Below, piece after piece: positions 1 to 10,100 of a stretch of DNA of 64,000 nucleotides. A program made the translations under genes and the position numbers. The notes beneath the pieces were generated by a model. That model saw only the letters and a list, made by a program, of their open reading frames with translations, was not told where the DNA came from and did not search any database. The DNA lies in NCBI GenBank assembly GCA_964558645.1, contig CAZLEV010000008.1, forward strand, positions 102,831 through 166,830, written 5' to 3'. Source of the DNA: an uncultured archaeon (GTDB lineage Archaea; Asgardarchaeota; Thorarchaeia; Thorarchaeales; Thorarchaeaceae). Position 1 is the first letter of the stretch. Every line of letters begins with the position of its first letter.

Positions 1-632
1 ATCTTACAAAGGCAGAACTGATTGATACGCCAGAACGTCTTGATGAGGTATTTGAAGAAGCGATTCTTTCTGGTCACGAGGGAATCATAGCTAAGGCAGT
101 TCACGACGAGTCTGTCTATCAAGCAGGATCCCGTTCATGGCTCTGGATTAAGTTGAAGGCGTCCTACAAGGAGGGAATGACAGACTCCGTAGATCTCGTG
201 GTGGTGGGTGCTTTCCATGGGCGTGGGAAGAGAACAGGCCTCTATGGTGCCATTCTTGCAGCTGTCTACGACGAGGCAACAGATACCTATCCCACAGTGT
301 GTAAAATCGGTACAGGATTCACAGATGAGATGCTTGGTGAGCTGAAGCAACATCTGGAAGGACTCAGTAGAGAGAGTCGACACCCCCGTGTGGAATCCGA
401 ACTGGATGCAGATGTCTGGCTTGAACCTGAACTAGTCGTAGAGGTCCTAGGTGATGAAGTCACACTGAGTCCCATCCATGTTGCAGGTAGAGGGATTCTT
501 TCTGAGGCAGGGCTTGCCATCAGGTTTCCTCGATTCACCGGTCGATGGCGTGATGACAAGTCCCCTACTCAGGCGTCCACAGTTGCAGACTTAGTGGAGC
601 TCTACAAGAGCCAGCGACCTGAGGATTACTGA
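1..632 (+). CDS. lig: ATP-dependent DNA ligase, C-terminal part (5' end lies before the window)
   Basis: Frame open from base 3. Motif IV GHEGIIAK, motif V YQAGSRSWLWIKLK, OB-domain DLVVVGAFHGRGKR and KIGTGFTD, motif VI IRFPRF. Confidence 0.95.
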   Translation, partial: LTKAELIDTPERLDEVFEEAILSGHEGIIAKAVHDESVYQAGSRSWLWIKLKASYKEGMTDSVDLVVVGAFHGRGKRTGLYGAILAAVYDEATDTYPTVCKIGTGFTDEMLGELKQHLEGLSRESRHPRVESELDADVWLEPELVVEVLGDEVTLSPIHVAGRGILSEAGLAIRFPRFTGRWRDDKSPTQASTVADLVELYKSQRPEDY

Positions 633-704
633 TTCACAGAACCGACGACGGATTCGGCAGTTTTACAAGCAACGCGATTATGTGGTCTCGAGAGGTAAGT
701 CATC

Positions 705-1163
705 TTGTATAGCATTCGAGTGAGTCACAACAGGATGAGCTTTAGCGCAGCTCATTTTGTCCTAGAGGCCAAGGGGTGCGAACGGCTGCATGGCCACAAT
801 TACTTCGTGGAAATATCGATTGAGGGTCCAGTAGATGATTTGGGTATGGTGATGGACTTTCGCGACTTGAAGCGAGATGCGACCATTATCTGTGAGAAGA
901 TGGACCATCGCTTTCTCATTCCGGGCGACTCGGAAATGATACACTTGACTCAGGAAGGTGACTCCTACAAGATTGCTGTTTCTGGAAAGACGTACGTCTT
1001 GCCGATGTCTGATTGTGTGATACTACCAATCAGGGCCACGACTTCAGAGTATCTTGCCGAACATATTGCCAGAAGTCTAGACCTTCCCCAGGGACTGGCG
1101 GTTGATGTATGCGTCCAAGAGAATGTGGGTAGTCGCGGCTGTTATCGAATTCCGAGTACCTGA
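705..1163 (+). CDS. queD: 6-pyruvoyl/6-carboxy-tetrahydropterin synthase (QueD/PTPS family)
   Basis: FSAAHF, CERLHGHNY, MDFRDLK, MDHRFL and TTSEYLA motifs. Confidence 0.85.
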   Translation: MYSIRVSHNRMSFSAAHFVLEAKGCERLHGHNYFVEISIEGPVDDLGMVMDFRDLKRDATIICEKMDHRFLIPGDSEMIHLTQEGDSYKIAVSGKTYVLPMSDCVILPIRATTSEYLAEHIARSLDLPQGLAVDVCVQENVGSRGCYRIPST

Positions 1164-1303
1164 ACCTCTGGGCCACGTAAGCTGATAACAGAATGACACT
1201 GCTCCATCATAAAGCTAAAAGGTGACTGCAATCCGACAGAACTAGGTCGATGAGCATGTGCTATCTACCGCTCATCTAGACACGACCAACGAGGCGACAG
1301 TTC

Positions 1304-2116
1304 ATGGTCTTTGATACACAGAACGAAACACCCCGGTACAGGATTCACCTCGACAAGGTGGGCGTGAAGAATCTGAAGACCTTCGTAATCACAGAGCGCA
1401 GTGGTCTCCGCCACCATCTCATTCCAGAAGTGGAGATCACCATCGATCTCCCTGCCGAACTGAAGGGAGTTCATATGTCTCGTCTGGTCGAGTCTATGAC
1501 TGAGGTCATCAGCGAGGAGTTCAGCGTGTACAAGTCTGTTGAGGAACTGCAGGTGCATATCCTAGAGGCCTTGCAGAAGAAGCATAAATTCAAACGGGGA
1601 GAAGTGAAGTTCGATTTCGAGCTTGGCTACGCCAGCAGGACCCCTGTGTCGAAGAAAAGGACCTGGGAGATCTGCGATGTGACCGCCAGTACTATCATCG
1701 AGGATGATGAACCAGTAATGCACACAGCCGAGGTGAGAGTGGTGGGAAACACAACATGCCCTCACTGTCTGGCAAACAACGAAGGTCTCACTCACATGCA
1801 ACGGGCAATTGGAACCTTGCGATTGACAGGTGAGATTAGCGAGATTCCGTCTTATGGGTCCATGATTGACGTCATCGAACGGTCCTTCTCCAGCAAGACC
1901 TACTCACTCTTGAAGCTTGAAGATGAAAAATACGTGACTCGTCAGATGCACGAGAACCCGCAGTTTGTTGAGGACGTGTGCAGAAACGTCCTCCAGAATG
2001 CGAAGGAATCATTCAAGAACCGCAATCTGGAGATGTATGCAGAGGCGACTTCGCTTGAGAGCATCCACAAACACGATGTGATTGCCCAGGGACGTATCGT
2101 TGTGAACGGTGGGTGA
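1304..2116 (+). CDS. mptA: GTP cyclohydrolase, FolE2/MptA family
   Basis: KGVHMSRL, TTCPHC, HMQR, NPQFVED and ESIHKHD motifs; adjacent to queD. Confidence 0.85.
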   Translation: MVFDTQNETPRYRIHLDKVGVKNLKTFVITERSGLRHHLIPEVEITIDLPAELKGVHMSRLVESMTEVISEEFSVYKSVEELQVHILEALQKKHKFKRGEVKFDFELGYASRTPVSKKRTWEICDVTASTIIEDDEPVMHTAEVRVVGNTTCPHCLANNEGLTHMQRAIGTLRLTGEISEIPSYGSMIDVIERSFSSKTYSLLKLEDEKYVTRQMHENPQFVEDVCRNVLQNAKESFKNRNLEMYAEATSLESIHKHDVIAQGRIVVNGG

Positions 2117-2145
2117 TTCGAAAAACAGAAAGGATACATCAAAAC

Positions 2146-2215
2146 AACCGATATATTCAGAGTCTGCTGTCTATGGATTCCTCCTAGAAAGGTATTCGTA
2201 TATCAGACGGATGTG
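2146..2215 (+). promoter_or_regulatory. Upstream motifs shared by the two surface-protein paralogs
   Basis: AACCGATATAT (2146) and GACGGATGTG (2206) recur as AACCAATATAT (7074) and GACGGATGTG (7126) upstream of the paralog. Confidence 0.45.
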
Positions 2216-2221
2216 CAGCAC

Positions 2222-5200
2222 ATGAGAGATATGAGGGTAATCCTGTCCTGTATGCTAGTACTAGCATTGTTGGCAGGCATTGCTCCATATGCCGAGGATA
2301 CACAATCACCGGGTTCTACGTCGTCGTTTGAGAGGCACACGCCCGTGCCAGATGGGTCACAACCACTCGAAACCGAATCTCTAGATTCCGTGCTTGCTGA
2401 AGAAGCCTTCCTTCAGGGTATTCTAAATCCTGCTGTTGTGGAGCAAAGGGGGCTCGTGCTGTCAGACAACACCAGTGCTAGAACAGATACGACGCCTTCA
2501 CCGACCGTTAGTCTTCCGCTGGATATTGAAAGCTCGTGGGTCTTCAGTGAAGGCTCTATCGAGATATATGGTCTGGATCGACTCTACGCGGTGAATGGCT
2601 CTTTTGATGAAGGTTACCCTGGCAGCAATATAGATCCTAACGGAACGGTCGCTTACTATCCCTATGGCTGGACAGCAGACAGCAATAGCAGTTCCGCCGA
2701 TACGCAGATGGCTTCCTATGTGCAGAGTTCTGAGAACTACATACTCGTGGAGAATCAGGGAGAAAAGAAGCCAGGCACTGCAAACATATACCGTCACTAT
2801 GCAGGGAGCGCAGTGTTCTGGGAGCAGGAGATATACAATTCCCCTTATACTGAAGACTTCGAATTGTCCCTTTCTTTTCTGTATGACAGCGGCCCGTTAG
2901 GTCAGAATATCGCAGAGGGATGCTCCCTATACGTTTCTATTGATGATGTTCCTGTGTGGACGATAAATCTCGTCAATCTTACACAGCGAGATGTGTGGTT
3001 TGATAGCGGTATAATCGCAATACACTATCCCGGAGCGCCGCTGTCGTTCAACGTGAGTGTCGGTTTGATTATCGACAATTTCCTAGAATTGGATGAAAAT
3101 GATGACAATGATCTAGACGGCAACCCTGACGGACTTGCCAATGCTAAGTACATCACTGTACACATTGATGATTTTGCTCTGACTGGAACTGAACCACCAT
3201 CTTTCGAGAGTGTTGATCTATCGCTGGAAGCCGGTGGTGAGGTCTGCGTAATAACTGGAACCGACGGTCGCGGAAACGCTACAGTCTACTTTGATCCCCC
3301 CCATGATACTGACCCCCTTGTTGTTTCTGTCCATTCCAACACATCTGTAAGATTCAACTTCATAGCAAGTGCACTTGCTCATCGATTCATCAATTCCACA
3401 TTCAGTACTGACATTGATGATGAAGGTGTGATGTATGAAACGTCTGCAAACAAAGGTGTGGACCTACTTCTCTTCACTTATCTTGGCTTTGTCGGCGATT
3501 ACAGCAACTTTGCCGTGAGAATATATTATCCTGAAGATTGGGATAACGTCACGGTCTATGATCCATTCTTGAAGGATGTTACATCCGAATGTGCTATCTC
3601 TCCTGGTATGGTTGTGTTATCAGGCTCAATCTTGTCCCGGCTAGGTTGGTGGGAGCTGAATCTCCAGTCTCCTAATTATGCCCAGAGCATCCAGACACAG
3701 AAGTACGATTCTGACGTGGCTTCGTGGCTGGACTCAGAGATTTTTCGGACTGACAACAACACACGGGCTCAAGTCACTATTGCCACCTCTCTGGAAAGCC
3801 CTTACCTCAATGACCCCATAAACTTCACGTGGTATCTTCCCAATGGTTCTCTCTGGGTGGGGTACTCGCTGACTCCGAATTCTGTTGGTACCGTTAACTC
3901 CAGCTCACATACAATTGGCGTTGGTAACTCCAGTGCAGGAGAATGGCGCGTCATTATGGCATGGTCGAACGGTACTGAAGTGGCTATTGGTGCAGCTAGG
4001 TTCGTAGTCGTGCATTCGAGCTCACTCGAAGTGGCCGTGGCCGAGATTGAGGTGACATCAGGAGAAATCATCTCGAATTTCGTGAAATTCAGAGATACGG
4101 AAACGGGGGAATACCTTACAGAAGATCACATCTCAGTGACTGCGAACTGGACTATTGGCGAAATCACCTTCACACAGAATCTCGTGAGAAAACGATACGA
4201 GGCCGATTTCGATACTTCGGATCTACAGGAGGGCATAACAAGTGTCAACGTCACCGCTGTATCGTTGTATCACGATCCCTCCTCGATTCACTTCGTCATC
4301 GTCGTGCCCTATGGAACCACTGCCACTCTGTTCGATGTAGATGACGGGGTTGTGGAGGTTGACGTGTTCGTCGCAACCCCTGTGAATATGCGATACGAAA
4401 AAACGGATGGCTCTGGAATCCAAGATGCTAGCATATCTGTGCATTATTCGGGATCTGCAGGGGGTATGGAATGGGTTGAAGTGGCCAATGGAGACTCTGG
4501 TAATTACACCATTGAGTTCACAGGTAAGGAATCAGGTATCTACGAAGTTGATATCGTCTTTTCGAAATACGCGCATGAAGATGCTCACACATCCTTTCTG
4601 TTCATCGTTGGAGGACTTGGTTCAGTACTCACTCTGCTGAATGGAACTTCAAAATCAATCGAATACGGTAGTGACTTCAATCTGTTTCTTCGCTTTGAGA
4701 ACACTACTGGCTATGGACTTGAGAACGCCAGTATCTCAGTCCAGTCAACTGGAGAAGACGATGCAATCTTCATCGGTGCAGTATCGGAACTAGGTGGGGG
4801 AGATTACTCAGTGTATCTCTCACCCTATGAGGCAGACACATTCACAATCATAGTGGGCGCCTCGACCCCAATCCACGATACACAGTATGCCACCTTCACT
4901 CTCACTGTGATAGATATCGATATGTCCCTCACCTACCGGCTATCCGCATCAAGCATTCCCATCGGTCGCAACATCACTGTCACTCTCGAGCTCTATGATG
5001 CGAATTCAGATCCAGTCACAGGTGCATTACTTGAGTTCATCGACCCTCCATCTTCTGCTATTCTTGATCTATCTACTAGCATGTACTCAGACAACGGTCG
5101 ATACACATTCAATGTTTCCTTTATCGAAACGGGTTCTTTCGTTCTGAGTGTCAGGGCGAGCAAAGAGAACCACCGGAATTCCACGAGTGCCATATCCATT

Positions 5201-6907
5201 GTTGTGACGAATATACCCACTTCATTATCAACATCAGAAGGTCTCAGTTCGGCGGCCATTGAATATGGCTCAAGCTTGGAACTAGTTCTCTTCTTTGTTC
5301 GGACCGACCTCATGGTAAACGTGTCCGAAGCAGTCATCGAGGTTCAGGCAGATGATCTATCAGGATTGACTATCTCTATCGTTGAGAATCAATCTGCATA
5401 CAGGGTCAGAATACGCTCCAACAGGACTGGCCGCTGGGTCTTTACTTTCACAGGAACCAAGATGGACCACGACCCGGATCTAATGCAATTCACGCTTGAC
5501 GTTCAGCTGATCGGCACAGACCTCAGTGGTATAGGCCCACTGAGTTCCATCTATCTCTTGCGTAGCTATGAGTTACCTTTCTCTTATGAGATGACAAACG
5601 GCACGGGAATACTTGGAGCCTCGATATCCAAGTCGGGACCCGGTTCGGAATATGTATCTGTGAGGGATGATGGCGAAGGGCACTATTCTGTTCTACTGAC
5701 ACCTGAAGATGTCGGCACTTACTCTGTACGCCTTACTTTCGGCAAGCTGGGCCACAGGTCTCGTGAGTACACTCTGTCTTTCTCAGTGACACCGGTTCCT
5801 CTCGAAGTCACTGTAGAGTCTCTCTCTTGGTCTCAGGGTCTTCCTCTGGTGATTGTTGCCAGAGTTGTTGAGGCCGACACTGATGTCCCTGTTGATGATG
5901 CGACGGTGCGATTCCAGCTGTATACTGATAACGCTGTCATAGCAGAGGGGACTCTCAATTCAGTCGGCAACGGTGTCTATCGCTCTCAGGTTGATGAGGA
6001 TTGGATAAATGACAACACTCTGGAATTATCCCTCTCGGTCACAAAGGAGGGCTATGACCTTGAGGTTCCTGTTGTACTCAGTGTCATTTCGGTGCCAAAT
6101 CCAGACATCCAGAACTACCAGAACTTCATGACTTACGGTGTTCCCAGCATTGGTGTCTTCGTGTTTGTGACCGTGGGTCTGCTGGTCTATCGATGGAGGG
6201 AGAAGCGACTGCAGGAACTCCGCCGGCAGAATGCTCACATCAAGCAACGGTTTTCAGATGCCCAGAATATCTTGGGTGTTCTCGTGATGCACAAGAAGAG
6301 CGGTCTTCCTATCTATTCGCAGGCCATGAAACCAGGTCTCGATGAGGGTGTACTCTCTGCCTTCATATCGGCGATATCCCATTTCCGGAGCGAGTTTGGG
6401 CTGGAAGAGGTCAATAGCTACTCAGCCATCCCGATATCTGATGTGGTTCGGGTTGTCCCAACCGAGAATCTACTCTGTGCCACTGTCACTCTCACTCCTC
6501 CTTCAGATGAACAGGAGGAGCGAATGATTGAAGGAGCGAAGGCCGTTCATGAGAGATTCGATAACCAATTTGAGGAAACCCCTGTAGAGTTCCGGGATGA
6601 GTTCACGGCAGCCATATTCGATCAGATGTTCGAAGAATACTTGGATGGGTATCTCCTCCGGGAGTACCAGATCAACTCTGACATGGATGTTCCCAGGAAT
6701 CTTCGGTGTGTGAAAGAAGGAGTAGAGGCACTCGAGTCGCGCTATTTCAAACTCTCAGGTCTTGCCCGCGCTATGTCCTCATGTGGATTCAGTGACACCA
6801 TGATCTACCGCAAGATATGGGACGCGCTAGAGTTTGGGCTACTCATTCGCACGCCCTCATCAAAGCCCGATAGAGGTCTTGACTGGGATACACCTATTGA
6901 ATCATAG
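2222..6907 (+). CDS. Giant single-pass surface protein: beta-rich ectodomain, TM helix, coiled coil, cytoplasmic longin/roadblock-like domain
   Basis: Signal peptide (MRVILSCMLVLALLAGIA). S/T/D-rich beta repeats with many NxS/T sequons. TM GVPSIGVFVFVTVGLLVY. Cytoplasmic ILGVLVMHKKSGLPIYS...DEGVLSAFISAISHFRSEF. Confidence 0.8.
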   Translation: MRDMRVILSCMLVLALLAGIAPYAEDTQSPGSTSSFERHTPVPDGSQPLETESLDSVLAEEAFLQGILNPAVVEQRGLVLSDNTSARTDTTPSPTVSLPLDIESSWVFSEGSIEIYGLDRLYAVNGSFDEGYPGSNIDPNGTVAYYPYGWTADSNSSSADTQMASYVQSSENYILVENQGEKKPGTANIYRHYAGSAVFWEQEIYNSPYTEDFELSLSFLYDSGPLGQNIAEGCSLYVSIDDVPVWTINLVNLTQRDVWFDSGIIAIHYPGAPLSFNVSVGLIIDNFLELDENDDNDLDGNPDGLANAKYITVHIDDFALTGTEPPSFESVDLSLEAGGEVCVITGTDGRGNATVYFDPPHDTDPLVVSVHSNTSVRFNFIASALAHRFINSTFSTDIDDEGVMYETSANKGVDLLLFTYLGFVGDYSNFAVRIYYPEDWDNVTVYDPFLKDVTSECAISPGMVVLSGSILSRLGWWELNLQSPNYAQSIQTQKYDSDVASWLDSEIFRTDNNTRAQVTIATSLESPYLNDPINFTWYLPNGSLWVGYSLTPNSVGTVNSSSHTIGVGNSSAGEWRVIMAWSNGTEVAIGAARFVVVHSSSLEVAVAEIEVTSGEIISNFVKFRDTETGEYLTEDHISVTANWTIGEITFTQNLVRKRYEADFDTSDLQEGITSVNVTAVSLYHDPSSIHFVIVVPYGTTATLFDVDDGVVEVDVFVATPVNMRYEKTDGSGIQDASISVHYSGSAGGMEWVEVANGDSGNYTIEFTGKESGIYEVDIVFSKYAHEDAHTSFLFIVGGLGSVLTLLNGTSKSIEYGSDFNLFLRFENTTGYGLENASISVQSTGEDDAIFIGAVSELGGGDYSVYLSPYEADTFTIIVGASTPIHDTQYATFTLTVIDIDMSLTYRLSASSIPIGRNITVTLELYDANSDPVTGALLEFIDPPSSAILDLSTSMYSDNGRYTFNVSFIETGSFVLSVRASKENHRNSTSAISIVVTNIPTSLSTSEGLSSAAIEYGSSLELVLFFVRTDLMVNVSEAVIEVQADDLSGLTISIVENQSAYRVRIRSNRTGRWVFTFTGTKMDHDPDLMQFTLDVQLIGTDLSGIGPLSSIYLLRSYELPFSYEMTNGTGILGASISKSGPGSEYVSVRDDGEGHYSVLLTPEDVGTYSVRLTFGKLGHRSREYTLSFSVTPVPLEVTVESLSWSQGLPLVIVARVVEADTDVPVDDATVRFQLYTDNAVIAEGTLNSVGNGVYRSQVDEDWINDNTLELSLSVTKEGYDLEVPVVLSVISVPNPDIQNYQNFMTYGVPSIGVFVFVTVGLLVYRWREKRLQELRRQNAHIKQRFSDAQNILGVLVMHKKSGLPIYSQAMKPGLDEGVLSAFISAISHFRSEFGLEEVNSYSAIPISDVVRVVPTENLLCATVTLTPPSDEQEERMIEGAKAVHERFDNQFEETPVEFRDEFTAAIFDQMFEEYLDGYLLREYQINSDMDVPRNLRCVKEGVEALESRYFKLSGLARAMSSCGFSDTMIYRKIWDALEFGLLIRTPSSKPDRGLDWDTPIES

Positions 6908-7142
6908 CATCAGCCCGATTCAATTCCCTTTTCGGCTCTGTGTGACATCCAAGAGTATGATTTCGCAGGCTCAGATAGAGGAACAAGGAGTATCTTGTTC
7001 GTGTATGATATGATGCTAATAGTTCCAAATCATACGCCATTATCGCCGTTTCCCGCAGCCATTTTCTTTTCAAAACCAATATATGATGTTTTGACTTATA
7101 CACAAGTCTCTGAGAACAGATTTGTGACGGATGTGTTGGCAT

Positions 7143-10100
7143 ATGCGCGAAATGAGGGTAATATTAGTCAGTTTACTGTTGATGGGTCTTTCGGCATCTC
7201 TTGCCCCACATGTCGCAAATACGGGTTCGCTTCCGGCCACCCCTGATTTGGGGGGAAGTGTTCTTCATCCTAAGGCTGAACCAGACTGCGTTCCAGTTGG
7301 TGAGTCGTTCTCTTGTGTTTCAGAAGACCAAGTCCATCAAGGGCTCCTTGGTCCCCTTCTCGTAGAACAGCGAGGTTATGTTGTATCAGGGGGTACAACT
7401 GCTAGGACTGATCTCAACCCTAGTCCAACCACGGATATACCACTTGACACAGACAACTCATGGGTATTCAGTCAGACTTCTGTAGAGGTACACGATCTAG
7501 AGCGCATGTATGTTGTTAACGGAACCTTCGACGAGGGATACCCCGGTTCCAACGACAATCCTGATGGCACTGTGGAGTTCTATCCCTTGGGGTGGACAGC
7601 CATCAGCAATTCCTCTAATGCAGAACAGATACAGGTTGCCTCCTATGAACAGACGGTTGAAGAGTACGTCACAGTGGAGAACCAAGGAGAGAAAGAAGGA
7701 CCTAGTGGCAAGAAGTATAGGCATTATGCTGGAACAAGCGTGTTCTGGAAGCAGACTTACAGCAATATTCCTCAAGTTGAGGATTTCGTCCTAGGTTTCT
7801 CTTATCGCTATCTAAGGGGGCCGCTTGGAGCAGCCACTCCCGGTGCTTGTTCGTTGAGGATTGCTCTCAACAATCAGGTCTTTTTCTATAAAGACCTCAC
7901 AGAGTTGGAATCACGGAACACATGGTATGATGTTGAAGACCTGGCAATCAACTATCCTCTTGCGCCCAGTCAGATCGACATCACAGTTGGTCTATTCATA
8001 GACGATACTATGTTGCTGGAGGCTGATGGAGTCTATGGGGATGACGACAAAGCAAACGGAATTGTGAATACTGTATACATAACCGCACATGTTGACGACA
8101 TCACGCTCACAGGCGCGCAGCCCCCCTCTTTCGATCAAGTCGCCATGCAGTATGAGGCAAACGAGACGACGGTTGACATCGAGGGCAGTCAGGGCTCTGG
8201 AACCGCCACAATTCAACTGACTCCTGTCTATTCGGCTGACCCTCTCACAGTTCGCGTTCTCTGTAACTCTTCGGTACGATTCTTCTATGAGGTGAGGGCT
8301 CTAGCTCACCGTTTCATAAACTCCACATACACCACTGATAATACAGCAGTTGGTGCAGCGTATGAAGCAGTTCCAAATGGTTCTGTGAACCTGATAACAT
8401 TCACCTATCATGGGTCGCAGGGAGATTATGAGAACTTCACCATAAGCGCCTACTATCCGAACGATTGGGAGAATCTGACGGTCTATGATCCCTTTCTTAC
8501 TGATGTGACCTCTCACTGCTACCTTCAACCTGGGATGGTAGAGATTTCGGGCTCCATACTATCTCGGTTGGGCTGGTGGGAATTCATCATTGAAGCCCCA
8601 AATTACGCAAGAGATGTCAGCTCTCAAATCTACGATTCAGACACTTCTTCTTGGACTTTCTCCGATAACTACAGAGTCGGGAATCTGACAAGAGGCTGGA
8701 TAGACATAGGAACGTCGGAAGATGATACATATCTCGACACCTTTGTGAACTTCACATGGTATTTGCCAAACGGCTCCATCTGGTCAAGCGCCTCATTTGT
8801 ACCAGACTCCTTTGGCCCCTCCACATCAAATCCTCAAGCAATTGAGGCGGAGAATTCCAGTGCGGGTGAATGGGTACTCTTGGTTGAATGGACAAATGGG
8901 ACCGAGGTGGCAGTAGGCTCAGTCAGTTTTACGGTGACACACTCAGGTTCACTGGAGGTCGCCGTTGCTGAGATTGAAGTGTCACTTGGCGAAGTGATTT
9001 CAAACTTCGTCAGGTTCAGAGATGACACAACCGATAGATATCTAACCGAGGAATATGTTACCATCACCGCGAACTGGACTTCTTCACCAGTGCAGTTTGA
9101 CCCGAACCTTGTCAGGAACCGGTATGAGGCAGACTTCGACACCTCAGATTTGCCGTATGGCATTTCCGCGGTAATCGTGACTGCCACTTCAATGTTCCAC
9201 GATACCAGTTTCGACCAGTTCAATGTCATCTTGCCCTACCCGACAAATGCATCGATTCTTGGAAATGATGCGGGCTTTGTCGAAGCCGATCTCCTTGAGG
9301 CGACAAGTATTACAGCTAGATATACGCGGATGGACAACTCTGGTGTTGAAGACGCCAATCTCTCCATCTACTACTCTGGGCCGACGGATGGTCTTCAGTG
9401 GGAAGCGGTGCCAGCGGGAGGAAATGGCAACTACACAATCGAGTTCACCGGCGTGAAATCCGGTATTTACAGTATTGATGTTCTATTTTCAAAATACGTC
9501 CATGAAGATGCTCAGACTTCCTTCCTGCTGTTAGTTGGGGAGCTTGGTTCGGAGTTGACGCTGCTGAATGGAACCTCTCAGTCCATCGAATATGGAGAAT
9601 CCTTCCAACTGTTCCTGTTCTTCGAAAATGCAACAGGATATGGTCTGGAGAACGCCACTGTGACGGCACAGTCCACTTACGGGGATGATCCAATTACAAT
9701 TGATGATGTGATAGACCTTCGTGAGGGATACTACTCGGTAAGCATCACCCCCTCCGATACCATGACTTTCACAATAGTGATCGAGGCGTTTCTTGTCAAT
9801 TACGAAACTCAGTTTGCTACATTCACCCTGACAGTGACAGAGATTGAGATGACGCTGACTTATGATATCTCTGCATCAAGTATTGCAATTGGTCGCAATG
9901 TTACCGCAACACTGGAGCTGCTTGATAGAAACTCTGAGCCTGTGAGCGGTGCCCTCTTGGAGTTCATTGACCCGCCCTCGTCAGCCGTGCTGGGCTCTGT
10001 CATAGTAGGCGAGGCAGGCATCTACGTCTTCAATGTATCCTTTACCGGAACTGGAACCTATGTCATCGCTGTACGGGCGAGCAAGAGCGCATACAGGAAC